Source: an uncultured Chloroflexia bacterium (lineage in GTDB: Bacteria; Chloroflexota; Ktedonobacteria; Ktedonobacterales; JADMIN01). Taken from it: a stretch of DNA of 32,000 nt. Shown in pieces: positions 16,633-25,371 of this stretch. The notes under the pieces were generated by a model. That model made no database searches, was not told the origin of the DNA, and saw only the letters and a program-made list of their open reading frames with translations. The number at the start of each line of letters is the position of its first letter. Within the stretch, counting starts at the first letter, position 1. The stretch covers positions 180,001 to 212,000 of the forward strand of contig CAVRAI010000001.1 of the NCBI GenBank assembly GCA_963718915.1. Reading direction: 5' to 3'. Made by a program: the position numbers and the translations under genes.

Positions 16633-17007
16633 ATGAGCCAGATGAACCAGCAGAGCCAGTTCGACCAGAGAGAGCCTGCCGCTGAGGATGCGCCAGCGGC
16701 GACGGAGAAGGTGATCGGCGAGATTTACGAGGCGCTGCACAACGTCTACGACCCAGAACTGGGTATCAATATCGTTGATCTGGGGCTGGTCTACAATGTC
16801 GATCTGCGCGAAGACGGCTTCGTGACAATCACGATGACGCTGACAACGCCCGGCTGCCCGATGCACGAGTCCATCGGCGAGGGTGTGGGCGCCGCGCTCC
16901 AGCCCATCGCGGGCGTGACCGGCGGTACAATCCAGCTCGTCTGGGAACCGCGCTGGGAGCCTTCGATGATGACCGAGGCGGGCCGCGCCGAGCTGGGCTA
17001 CTGGTGA
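16633..17007 (+). CDS. DUF59 / MIP18-family Fe-S cluster assembly protein (SufT/PaaD-like)
   Basis: VYDPELGINIVDLGLVYNVDL...VTITMTLTTPGCPM is the canonical DUF59 core. Confidence 0.85.
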   Translation: MSQMNQQSQFDQREPAAEDAPAATEKVIGEIYEALHNVYDPELGINIVDLGLVYNVDLREDGFVTITMTLTTPGCPMHESIGEGVGAALQPIAGVTGGTIQLVWEPRWEPSMMTEAGRAELGYW

Positions 17008-18359
17008 GTGGGATGGGCGAGCGCTTTATGCGGGGCGAGGATGCCCACGACGTTCGCCGCGGCAAGGATCAGCCCGACGCCAAGGGCCACCGCGGCGATC
17101 TGGAGCGGGATAACCCAGTCGAGCAGGGCAGTCACGGCGACGAGCGGCAGCGCTCCGTTCACCAGCCAGAAGCTGATCGTCGCCCAGCGCTGATGCACCA
17201 GGTCGCGCATGAGCGGCACTTTCTGCCGTCCGACGAGCGCGCCGTAGCGTGACTGCCAGACCAGGAACGGGACGATCTTATAGAGATAGCCCAGCGTGCT
17301 CTGCCCCAGCCAGCCGACCAGCGCCGCCAGCCCCAGCGCGGCGAAGAGGCGCGGCGATCCCCAGCCGACGAGCGCGGCGACAACCCCCAGTGGGATAACC
17401 ACCGCGAGATAGCTTACCGCCGCGATGCCGTGATGCTGGGTCACATCGAGCACCCTGCGTTTGCGCTGGAGCAACATCCGCGCGTAGTCCCAGGCGAAGA
17501 GCCAGACGGCGGCAATAAGCAGCAGCCCGCCGATGAGCGCGAGTGGCGGCCAGGAGAGCGCGAAGCCCACCGCCATCCCCACAATGCCGCCATTGAGCAG
17601 CGCAAAGACACGTCGTCCCGGCATATCCTCATGCCCATGTACCAGCGCAAACATCCGTACGAGCGTATAGGAGACGCCCATCAGCGTGCACGTCAGCCAG
17701 CCGACGACGCCCAGCGTGATATGCGCCAGCAGCAGCCGGCCTGTCCCCGCGCCAAGGAAACCGAAGGCGAGATTGAGCGCGGCGGTCAGTCCAAGACAGA
17801 CGACAAGACAGAGATAGATCAGCGAGGCGGAGAGATAGCGCGCCGTCAGCGGGTGTGTCTCATGCTGCCGGTGCGCGTAGATGAGCGTCGCGCCGAGGAT
17901 GGTGGCATAGTGCGCGACCGCCAGCGCCACCAGCGAGCCGCCGACAATCAGCAGTGGCATGCGCCAGAACCAGAAGCCTGAGAGCAGCAGCGCGACCCCC
18001 ACGAGGTAGATGGGATATTGCCAGCGCGCAAACCGGGCCGCTCGTAGCGGGCTGGTGAGGATAACCGGAGCCAGTTGCAGCGAGGCCCCCATGATCGTCA
18101 TTGTCAGCCAGCCGAGAGTGGCCGTATGCACAAGCGTGAGCACATGCGGAAACCCCGGCGCGAGGATGGCCTGTGGCGCGACCCACGGCAGCAACGTCCC
18201 GAACAGCGCGGCGCCCAGGACGCCCGTCACCAGAAACGGCAGCGGCAGCCAGAGCGGCACGCCCCCACGCGCGACGCCGCTCAACCCCTGGATGGCGACC
18301 AGAGGCGCGCCAGCGGTTGGTGGCTTTGCAGTCTGAATGGGACGCATGCTGGGCTGCAT
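16998..18359 (-). CDS. Polytopic membrane protein (about 12 TM) with conserved His pairs; function unknown, possibly a heme/copper-binding oxidase-like or NnrS-like protein
   Basis: 453 aa and almost entirely hydrophobic helices. His-containing motifs are HVLTLVHTATLGW, LLAHITLGVVGW and LVHGHE. It lies immediately downstream of a DUF2249 gene (19-nt gap), with an RBS AAAGGA. Confidence 0.6.
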   Translation of the reverse strand: MQPSMRPIQTAKPPTAGAPLVAIQGLSGVARGGVPLWLPLPFLVTGVLGAALFGTLLPWVAPQAILAPGFPHVLTLVHTATLGWLTMTIMGASLQLAPVILTSPLRAARFARWQYPIYLVGVALLLSGFWFWRMPLLIVGGSLVALAVAHYATILGATLIYAHRQHETHPLTARYLSASLIYLCLVVCLGLTAALNLAFGFLGAGTGRLLLAHITLGVVGWLTCTLMGVSYTLVRMFALVHGHEDMPGRRVFALLNGGIVGMAVGFALSWPPLALIGGLLLIAAVWLFAWDYARMLLQRKRRVLDVTQHHGIAAVSYLAVVIPLGVVAALVGWGSPRLFAALGLAALVGWLGQSTLGYLYKIVPFLVWQSRYGALVGRQKVPLMRDLVHQRWATISFWLVNGALPLVAVTALLDWVIPLQIAAVALGVGLILAAANVVGILAPHKALAHPTHQ

Positions 18360-18377
18360 GGGCGTATCCTTTCGCCG

Positions 18378-18638
18378 CTACTCCTGCTCCCGGACAAAGC
18401 GAACGATCCACTCGTCATCCGCGACGCGCTCCGTGGCGTGCGAGAATCCGCGCCCGCCAAGCGCCTGGTAGAGTGGCGCTGGCTCGAATGGCGCGATCAA
18501 CACCAGCGCTTTCCCCGGCGGGATGCGCTCCGCCGTCTCCATAATCTGCACGAACGGCTCGCCACCCTCGGCCAGCACCGGCCGGACGTCGAGTATCTCG
18601 GCGGCATCTATCTTCCACGATGCGGCGTTGCTGCTCAT
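18378..18638 (-). CDS. DUF2249 domain protein
   Basis: 86 aa. LDVRPVLAEGGEPFVQIMETAERIPPGKALVLIAPFEPAPLYQAL matches the DUF2249 pattern (LD.R.l...g.P...I......l..G..l.l...feP.PL...l). An RBS AAAGGAAA lies upstream. Confidence 0.8.
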   Translation of the reverse strand: MSSNAASWKIDAAEILDVRPVLAEGGEPFVQIMETAERIPPGKALVLIAPFEPAPLYQALGGRGFSHATERVADDEWIVRFVREQE

Positions 18639-18743
18639 GATATTTTCCTTTCAGCTACCAGTCAGCTATCATGCAATGCGCTCGCTGCTCTTCCCGACAC
18701 GGACAGCCAGAGTGTACGCTCATAGCGGGGACAGGACAGCGAC

Positions 18744-18757
18744 TTAGGTCGCATCAA
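18744..18757. promoter_or_regulatory. Weak Crp/Fnr-box-like site in the divergent intergenic region
   Basis: TTAGGTCGCATCAA compared with the consensus TTGAT-N4-ATCAA. The right half is perfect and the left half matches 3/5. Confidence 0.25.
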
Positions 18758-18828
18758 GCGCCAGAGACTCAACGCACGAGGCCAGTGGAACATGGCGGCG
18801 AGCAGGACTTGGGCGAGAGGAGTGAGCG

Positions 18829-19509
18829 ATGCCGGTTGAGAGTGAGGAACTGCGCAAGGCGTCGCTCTTTGCGCCACTATCGGACGATGATATGGCGCGC
18901 GTCGCGGCGGTGACGGTCGAGCGCCACTACGAGCGTGGCGATATCATCATCCTCGAAGGGGATCGCGGTGGCGCGCTCTATTTCGTGCGCAGTGGGCTGA
19001 TAAAGGTCTTCAAAAGCTCGCCAGGGGGCAAGGAGCAGGTGCTCCGGCTGATCGAGGCGGGCCGCACCTTCAACGATGTCCCCGCGCTGGACGCCGGGCC
19101 GAATCCCGCGAGCGCGGCGGCGCTGGAGCCAAGTGTCGTCTACGCGACGGGTGGCGCTGAGTTGCGGCGATTGATCGCCGAGCGGCCAGGAGTCGCGCTC
19201 GCAACGGTGCAGGCGCTGGCGGGCGCGTTGCGTCACCTCGTCGCGCTGGTCGAAGACCTCTCCTTCCGCCATGTCACGGCGCGCGTGGCCAAGATTCTGC
19301 TTGAACAGGATGTCGGCGTGGTTGCCAATAGCGGCGCATCGGGCAAGGCGGCTCACCGGCTGACCCAGCAGGAAATGGCGGCGATGGCGGGTACGGCGCG
19401 CGAGATGGTCGGCCGGGCGCTCAAAGAGCTGGAGGCAAGCGGCGCGATCCGCATCCAGCGCGGACGCATCACGGTGGTCAGCCGCGAGCGCCTCGAAACG
19501 TTCGCGTGA
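18829..19509 (+). CDS. Crp/Fnr family transcriptional regulator
   Basis: The cNMP-binding-like beta-roll reads GDIIILEGDRGGALYFVRSGLIKVF...GKEQVLRLIEAGRTFNDV. The C-terminal HTH reads LTQQEMAAMAGTAREMVGRALKELEASGAI. An RBS GAGAGGAG lies upstream. Confidence 0.9.
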   Translation: MPVESEELRKASLFAPLSDDDMARVAAVTVERHYERGDIIILEGDRGGALYFVRSGLIKVFKSSPGGKEQVLRLIEAGRTFNDVPALDAGPNPASAAALEPSVVYATGGAELRRLIAERPGVALATVQALAGALRHLVALVEDLSFRHVTARVAKILLEQDVGVVANSGASGKAAHRLTQQEMAAMAGTAREMVGRALKELEASGAIRIQRGRITVVSRERLETFA

Positions 19510-19605
19510 ACCATCCAGCCCCAAGCAGCGCGTGAAAAAGACCACCCTCTCGGAGCCGCATCGTTGAGGGCGAGGGGATGGCTATCGCGGGGTGCGCGCT
19601 AGTCG

Positions 19606-19866
19606 CTATTCTTTATAGTGATCGGCGTTGATCTTGGTATACTCCTGCCACTGCGGCGGCACAGCGCTTTCCTCGAAGATCGCGGTGACGGGACACGCTG
19701 GCTCGCAGGCGCCACAGTCAATGCACTCGTCGGGATTAATATACAACTGGTCGTATTGCTCATAGTCGGACTCGCCCGATGCTGGGTGGATGCAGTCCAC
19801 AGGACAAACATCCACACACGAGCCATCTTTCACGCCGACACATGGCTGGGTGATTACGTAGGTCAT
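19606..19866 (-). CDS. fdxA: 7Fe ferredoxin ([3Fe-4S][4Fe-4S], FdxA type)
   Basis: [27 protein letters not shown] ... [13 protein letters not shown] is the canonical Cys spacing. Confidence 0.9.
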   Translation of the reverse strand: MTYVITQPCVGVKDGSCVDVCPVDCIHPASGESDYEQYDQLYINPDECIDCGACEPACPVTAIFEESAVPPQWQEYTKINADHYKE

Positions 19867-20141
19867 AGGCTGTTCTGAGACTTTCTTATGCTGGTCTGGC
19901 TCTGGCTGGCCGAGGCAAAAGCGATGGTAGTGGTGATGGTAGTGGTGTGGCGACGCTCGCAGGCGCAGGGAGCAGCCGCGCTCCGGTACAGCGCAATATG
20001 GCCGTCGAAGCTGGGAGGAAGCGGCCCACGCTGTATCAGCGCGACATGACGGAACGACCTATCGTCCACACGCGTGTAGTCCCCGGCAGGCACGACTTCG
20101 CCTGCCTCATAGAGATCGGTTCCACACTCGTCACAATGCAT
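19863..20141 (-). CDS. Small Cys-containing (CxxC ... CxC) hypothetical protein, translationally coupled to fdxA
   Basis: An ATG at 20141 is preceded by GGGAGG. The protein reads [22 protein letters not shown]...APCACERR. Its stop overlaps the fdxA start as ATGA (19863-19866). Confidence 0.5.
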   Translation of the reverse strand: MHCDECGTDLYEAGEVVPAGDYTRVDDRSFRHVALIQRGPLPPSFDGHIALYRSAAAPCACERRHTTTITTTIAFASASQSQTSIRKSQNSL

Positions 20142-20324
20142 GACAGCCTCCCTGGCGCGCATCGTCACACCGTCAGCGGTACACCAGAATCCGCAGGTAT
20201 CCGGTAGGTATCCGTCGCATCGTAAGCATGACACCGCGCGACGCATTCGGCTGTGATAAACGTCGCTTTTGCGCGCTATGGTTACTCTGAGGTAATCGTG
20301 ATAGTTCTGGTTGCTGTGCGGATA

Positions 20325-20876
20325 TCAGTAGTAGAGTTGCGGCGGAAGACCTTTGATGCGTACGACATGGCGGACATAGCCCTCCCATTCCGAGAGGAGT
20401 TGCCGAGCTTCTGGAGAGCGTTCGACATTAAGTGATTCGGGGTCATCCAGGTTAAACTCTGGCAAATATGCGCCAGTAACACCTCTCTCCAGGATTCCGT
20501 CCGCAATAACGCCACGCTCCCTGAGAATAAGTATAGGCAGTCCCATCTGGAATGCCATCGCTGTCTCGATGTGGCACCAGGGACTCGTGAGCCAGACGTT
20601 GCCCAACGAGGTGGCCTCCTGCTGTTCGAAATCGGCGCCATCCCGCACCATTGCCGATGTGATGTGAACGCGACGAAATGCGACCGCCAGCAGACCGTTC
20701 GATTCAATCAGCATACGCCGGACCGCCGTCAACGGAGCATGAGTGTCATAATCAGTGACGCCAAGGGTACGCCGCTCCAGCCCACGACTCACCAGGTAAT
20801 CCTCAATATGTTTTATGAATGCCGCCTGCTTTGCCGTATACGGACGTGGAACGCTGACAAACACCGAAACGCCCAT
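20325..20876 (-). CDS. Stand-alone TIR-like / nucleoside 2-deoxyribosyltransferase-like domain protein
   Basis: An ATG at 20876 is preceded by GAGGGGGA. The protein starts MGVSVFVSVPRPYTAKQAAFIKHIEDYLVSRGLE. It contains a LLAVAF strand and SPWCHIETAMAFQMGLPILIL, resembling the TIR S.WC..E..A motif followed by a P.L.L strand. G+C is about 50%, lower than the flanks. Confidence 0.6.
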   Translation of the reverse strand: MGVSVFVSVPRPYTAKQAAFIKHIEDYLVSRGLERRTLGVTDYDTHAPLTAVRRMLIESNGLLAVAFRRVHITSAMVRDGADFEQQEATSLGNVWLTSPWCHIETAMAFQMGLPILILRERGVIADGILERGVTGAYLPEFNLDDPESLNVERSPEARQLLSEWEGYVRHVVRIKGLPPQLYY

Positions 20877-21092
20877 AGTTATCCCCCTCAGCCTGACAAT
20901 TGCAGAAGATGTATAGCCTGTTTGACACACTCCATTCTACCAAACGTAGCAAAGACAATTGTGGGGTTGATCTATGCGCGTCGCTGGGGATTATCTGCCG
21001 AGCGCTAACCAACTGACGCCTGGGCATAGAATAGGAAAGCGGATACGATCACCAACAGACATATGCGCAAGAAAAAGGAAAGGAGAACTACA

Positions 21093-21464
21093 ATGGCGCA
21101 GGCAGGCGTCACGGTGGCGCAGAAACGAGTCTATGAGGAGCCGGAACCCAGCGATGGCATGCGCGTGCTGGTGGATCGGCTCTGGCCGCGGGGCCTTTCA
21201 AAGGAACGGGCGCGGGTGGATCTCTGGCTGAAGGATGTCGCGCCGAGCCGGGAGCTGCGCATCTGGTTCGGGCACGATCCGGCGAAGTTCGCGGAGTTTC
21301 GCCGCCGCTACGAGGCGGAGCTTACAGCTGACCCGGGCCGCGCCGCGCTGACTGAGCTACGCGCGCTGGCGCGGAAGCAGCACGTGACACTGGTCTTTGC
21401 CGCACACGACACCGAACACTGCAACGCCGTCGTCCTGCGCGAGCTACTCGCCCAGCCCGGCTGA
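21093..21464 (+). CDS. DUF488 family protein (YeaO-like)
   Basis: KRVYEEPEPSDGMRVLVDRLWPRGLSKERARVDLWLKDVAPSRELRIWFGHDPAKFAEFRRRY is the canonical DUF488 sequence. An ATG at 21093 is preceded by AAAGGAG. Confidence 0.9.
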   Translation: MAQAGVTVAQKRVYEEPEPSDGMRVLVDRLWPRGLSKERARVDLWLKDVAPSRELRIWFGHDPAKFAEFRRRYEAELTADPGRAALTELRALARKQHVTLVFAAHDTEHCNAVVLRELLAQPG

Positions 21465-21623
21465 CGGCAATAGCGTGAAATGTGCGACAATCCTGATCAG
21501 GTAAAATATACCTAAAGGTAGCCACCTCCGCGAAACCGTGATGAAAACGTGACTTCCGCGCATGTATCCTGCTGGTGGAGGCCCCGAGGCGTTGCGCGCC
21601 TGGCTACCTGGAAGGAGCGGACA

Positions 21624-23705
21624 ATGAGCGCACAGAGCTTGCCGCCATATGACGAACCAGACGATCAGGGGCGGCCAGACGGTGAGGCCGACGCTGCTGG
21701 CGCTAACGAGATCTCGTCCTTCCCAGGGGATGACGATGATGCAGCCCTGGCGCACTATGATGACGCGGCCCTGGCGCACTATGATGACGCAGCCCTGGCG
21801 CGCTATGATGACACGGCGCTGACACGGTATCAGGAACTCTTCGCCCACATGGCTGTCGGCGTGGTCTTCCAGGATGCGGATGGGCGCATCATCGACGCCA
21901 ACCCCGCAGCGCAGCAACTGCTTGGCCTGACGAGAGAACAATTGCTGGGGCTGACCTCCTTTGACCCACGCTGGCGTACTATCCAGGTAGATGGCGTCGA
22001 ACTCCCCGGAGTGATGCATCCCGCTATCGTGGCCCTGCGCACTGGCCAGGCGGTGCGGAATGTGATTATGGGCATATTCACTCCGGGCGAAGAGCGCTAC
22101 CGCTGGCTGCGCGTCAACGCCATCCCACGGCTGGCTCCTGGCGGCGAGCGCCCGGTGGGGGTCTTCGTGACCTTTGACGATATCACCGAGTGGGACTACC
22201 TGGAGGAGGGCGCGCGGATCCTGATAACGCGCTACCAGGCGCTCATGGAGCAGGCCGCGGATGCTGTGTTTGTGGCCGACCTCGAGGGACGCTACATCGA
22301 GGTCAATCCCGCCGCCTGCGCGCTGCTTGGCTATTCACGCGAAGAGCTTCTTAACAAACGCATTGCGGATATCATCCTGCCTGAGGACGAGCCTGGCCTG
22401 ATTGAGTCACGGGAAAAGATGTTGCGCGGAGAGACTCACCGCGCTGAGCAGCACCTGCGTCGCAAGGACGGCTCGCTCGTGCCGGTCGAGATCAACGCGC
22501 GCATTATCTCGGATGGACGCTGGCAAGCTATTGTCCGCGACATCACCAGGCGCAGGCAGATGGAAGAAAAACTGCGCGCGCAGACCGAGATGCTCGAACG
22601 CACGTTTGAGGCGGTACATGAGGGCGTCTACATCTATAACCGCACTGGCGAACTGATCCAGATGAACGCAACGGCGCGGTCAGTCGCGGGATATGACGAG
22701 CACCCCGAGATGGAACGAGAGACGACGCACGAGCGACTTACACGCCTCCAGCTACGGGATCTCGCGGGGAACAGGTTCCCCGCTGCGGACTGGCCCGTGT
22801 ACCGGGTGCTGCGAGGAGAGATCGTTTCCGCGACGACGCCCATCGAGATGCTCGTCACGTCGGCGACGGGTCGTGAATTGACCTTGCAGGTCAGCGGAGC
22901 GCCGCTCCGTAACGTCGATGGCCAGTTGATGGGCGCGGTGGTGGTCACACGCGATGTCACCCTGCAGCGGCGACTCGAGCAGCAGCGCATGGATATCTTC
23001 AGGGTTGTGGCGCATGACCTGGCCAATCCACTCGCTGCCATCAAGCTCTATCTGCAATTGCAGCAGCGGATGATCGAACGCGGGCGCGCGCCCAGCACGC
23101 CGGATCCCGATGTGCTGGCGACGATGGTTCATGAAGTCGTGCGGATGGAACGCCTGCTGAGCGACATGCATGCCGTGGTTGGCCTCGATTCGAACAAGCT
23201 TGTCCTCGACCAAAAACCGTTTGACCTGGTGACGCTCTGCCAGCAGGAAGTGCGACCCATGCAGATGGCAGAGACGCGCGAGATCCACGTCAACATGCCC
23301 GATGCGCCGGTCATGGTGCAGGCGGATCGCGACCGTATCGGCCAGGTGTTGTCCAATCTGCTCTCGAATGCCGATAAGTACTCGCCGGTCAGACAGCCGA
23401 TCACCCTGACGCTCCGTGTCGAACACGCCACACCCGACACTGATGGTGCGGATGTCCAGCAGGCCCGAGTGCTCGTCCAGGATGGGGGGCCAGGAATCCC
23501 GGAGAAGGAGCAGGAACAGATCTGGGAGCGTTTCCATCGCGTGCAGGGCGTCCAGGCCCAGACGACTAAAAATCCCAGCCTTGGCCTGGGGCTGTACATC
23601 AGCCGCCAGATTATCGAGCAACATGGCGGTACGATAGGGGTCGAGAGCACGCCAGGTAAGGGCAGCGCCTTCTGGTTCACGCTGTCGCTGGCCCCACCCG
23701 CATAG
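21624..23705 (+). CDS. Multi-PAS sensor histidine kinase (orphan, no adjacent response regulator)
   Basis: An ATG at 21624 is preceded by GGAAGGAG. At least three PAS-like segments are present (for example DANPAAQQLLGLTREQLLG, VNPAACALLGYSREELL, MNATARSVAGY). The H-box is VAHDLANPLAAI, the N-box LSNLLSNADKYSP, and the G-boxes DGGPGIP and GLGLGLYISRQIIEQHGG. Confidence 0.9.
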   Translation: MSAQSLPPYDEPDDQGRPDGEADAAGANEISSFPGDDDDAALAHYDDAALAHYDDAALARYDDTALTRYQELFAHMAVGVVFQDADGRIIDANPAAQQLLGLTREQLLGLTSFDPRWRTIQVDGVELPGVMHPAIVALRTGQAVRNVIMGIFTPGEERYRWLRVNAIPRLAPGGERPVGVFVTFDDITEWDYLEEGARILITRYQALMEQAADAVFVADLEGRYIEVNPAACALLGYSREELLNKRIADIILPEDEPGLIESREKMLRGETHRAEQHLRRKDGSLVPVEINARIISDGRWQAIVRDITRRRQMEEKLRAQTEMLERTFEAVHEGVYIYNRTGELIQMNATARSVAGYDEHPEMERETTHERLTRLQLRDLAGNRFPAADWPVYRVLRGEIVSATTPIEMLVTSATGRELTLQVSGAPLRNVDGQLMGAVVVTRDVTLQRRLEQQRMDIFRVVAHDLANPLAAIKLYLQLQQRMIERGRAPSTPDPDVLATMVHEVVRMERLLSDMHAVVGLDSNKLVLDQKPFDLVTLCQQEVRPMQMAETREIHVNMPDAPVMVQADRDRIGQVLSNLLSNADKYSPVRQPITLTLRVEHATPDTDGADVQQARVLVQDGGPGIPEKEQEQIWERFHRVQGVQAQTTKNPSLGLGLYISRQIIEQHGGTIGVESTPGKGSAFWFTLSLAPPA
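21735..21830. repeat. 24-bp tandem repeat x4 inside the histidine kinase N-terminus
   Basis: It encodes DDAALAHY DDAALAHY DDAALARY DDTALTRY, read directly from the sequence. Confidence 0.9.
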
Positions 23706-23849
23706 CCAGCCCGCGCCACCTCAGCTATCCACTTGCGCCGTATCATGCTCCTTGCTATACTATGCGCCACGGCCGTACGATTGCTACCCAGACGTGTGTC
23801 AGGAGCACACGCAGGCATACAACGAGCAGCCGTGGAGCGAGAAGACCTG

Positions 23850-25283
23850 ATGAGACATGCATGGACGAACCGCATCGGGCGTTTGCTGGCGATCCTCCTG
23901 TTGGCCATGGTGAGCGCGCTGCTGCTGGTGGCGCCCGCGCGGGCTGATGGCGTCACAGTAACACTCTCAACCTCGAACGGCACGAGCTTTACCTATGATG
24001 GTACGCAGCCCTTATTTACTGTGGTCGTGACATTCGCAACGAAGCCGACGATAAACAACTGTGGGCAAGAATACGTACATATCGATAGCGGACAAGATAC
24101 TGCTGTGGGTCTCGGGCCATCAGTCAGCCCAGATGGGCTGACCTGGACATTTACGCAAATCAGACCTGTTGGTACGATCCCCGTTGGCCCGCATACCGCG
24201 GTCGCGACATTCCTTGCTCCTGGGGCATCATGCACAACTGTCCAGAGTGCTCCATTGAGTTTCACGGTGAATAAAGCGACGTTCGCGCTGACCTGTAGTC
24301 TTAACGGGCCTGACGCGTATCTTGGAATCAATGGCCAAACGCTACACGTCCTGATGGCGCCTTATTCCGGCGCGGGGCAGTTGCCGACAGAGTTGCAAAC
24401 AGGGACCTACAATGTCTCGCTGGATGGGCCAACCCACGTCGCGGCGACGAATCTCACCCTCAATAGCAATAATGAGGCGACGATAACTGGCCCCACGCAA
24501 ATCGGCCTGTATAGGCTAACGTGTACATTCAATGGATCTGTGTCGTATACACCATCCACCATCACAGACACCAATCCCTACATGTTCAGCGCGCTGCATA
24601 GTCTGGGGGTCGTCAAACTCTACACCAACCCAACGACCCTGATCGCGGGAAGGAGTGCGGACTTCTATGTCGTATTCCATCCGGCGTCAGGATTGCCGAT
24701 GCCTACAGGGGAATTTTCTATCTGGCTCGGCCAAAGTCATACCATGCTCATGACGTTGGGGCCAACTGGCGCGTATCTGGTTCACGTCGACAAAATACCA
24801 GTGCTTGCTGGTGTGAGCAACATCGAAATCTTCTATCCCGGTGACCTGTACTACGCTCCGTCTAGTGTCGACTTCCCGCTCACCAATCCACCGATCCCAT
24901 CAGGTGTTGGCTCAGGAGGCACAGGCTCTACAGGCGGATCATTTGGCAATGCTCCGCAGGGGACAGCGACGGCGCAGGGAACGCCCGACACAACGGCGAC
25001 GGCGGATAGCGGCGCAGCAACGCCAACAACGGCCGTCGCGGGCAGCGCGGCGCCGACCACGCATTCCCAATCGGGCGATAATGGTGGGCTGTGGCTGATC
25101 GTCATCCTCGCGCTGGGCGGTCTGATCGTCGCTGGTGGTGCGGTTGGCTCCGGCATCTTCCTGATGCGACGCGCCAGAATATCTTCGAGCGCGGTTTCGC
25201 AGGCGCCGCGCGACTTCTACGTCCCGCCATCTTATACGCCACCGAGTGATGGGACGTGGCCTCCTCTCTACGACAATAGATAG
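23850..25283 (+). CDS. Secreted, C-terminally membrane-anchored protein with Ig-like beta-rich repeats and a Pro-rich cytoplasmic tail
   Basis: An ATG at 23850 begins the signal peptide MRHAWTNRIGRLLAILLLAMVSALLLVAPARA/DG. A Thr/Ser/Gly-rich beta-type ectodomain follows, then a G/T/A-rich linker and the TM segment LWLIVILALGGLIVAGGAVGSGIFLM followed by RRAR. The tail reads YVPPSYTPPSDGTWPPLYDNR. Confidence 0.7.
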   Translation: MRHAWTNRIGRLLAILLLAMVSALLLVAPARADGVTVTLSTSNGTSFTYDGTQPLFTVVVTFATKPTINNCGQEYVHIDSGQDTAVGLGPSVSPDGLTWTFTQIRPVGTIPVGPHTAVATFLAPGASCTTVQSAPLSFTVNKATFALTCSLNGPDAYLGINGQTLHVLMAPYSGAGQLPTELQTGTYNVSLDGPTHVAATNLTLNSNNEATITGPTQIGLYRLTCTFNGSVSYTPSTITDTNPYMFSALHSLGVVKLYTNPTTLIAGRSADFYVVFHPASGLPMPTGEFSIWLGQSHTMLMTLGPTGAYLVHVDKIPVLAGVSNIEIFYPGDLYYAPSSVDFPLTNPPIPSGVGSGGTGSTGGSFGNAPQGTATAQGTPDTTATADSGAATPTTAVAGSAAPTTHSQSGDNGGLWLIVILALGGLIVAGGAVGSGIFLMRRARISSSAVSQAPRDFYVPPSYTPPSDGTWPPLYDNR

Positions 25284-25310
25284 ATTGGCGGCCATACGAT
25301 CTACGACAAA

Positions 25311-25338
25311 GCCCCTTCCATCACTCGGCGGAAGGGGC
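25311..25338. terminator. Candidate bidirectional terminator hairpin between convergent genes
   Basis: GCCCCTTCC (25311-25319), a 10-nt loop, then GGAAGGGGC (25330-25338), giving a perfect 9-bp GC-rich stem. Confidence 0.55.
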
Positions 25339-25371
25339 ATGCGCGACTTCAGGATACACGTGCGATCACAA

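Noticed and set aside
17430-18725. Plus-strand ORFs (183 and 216 aa) opposite the 12-TM membrane protein and DUF2249 genes
   Set aside because: These highly charged Arg/Gln/Asp-rich products are the mirror image of a hydrophobic membrane protein gene, and one also crosses an intergenic region.
22752-23983. 290-aa and 284-aa minus-strand ORFs opposite the histidine kinase
   Set aside because: The plus strand encodes canonical H, N and G boxes. The antisense ORFs have no recognisable features.
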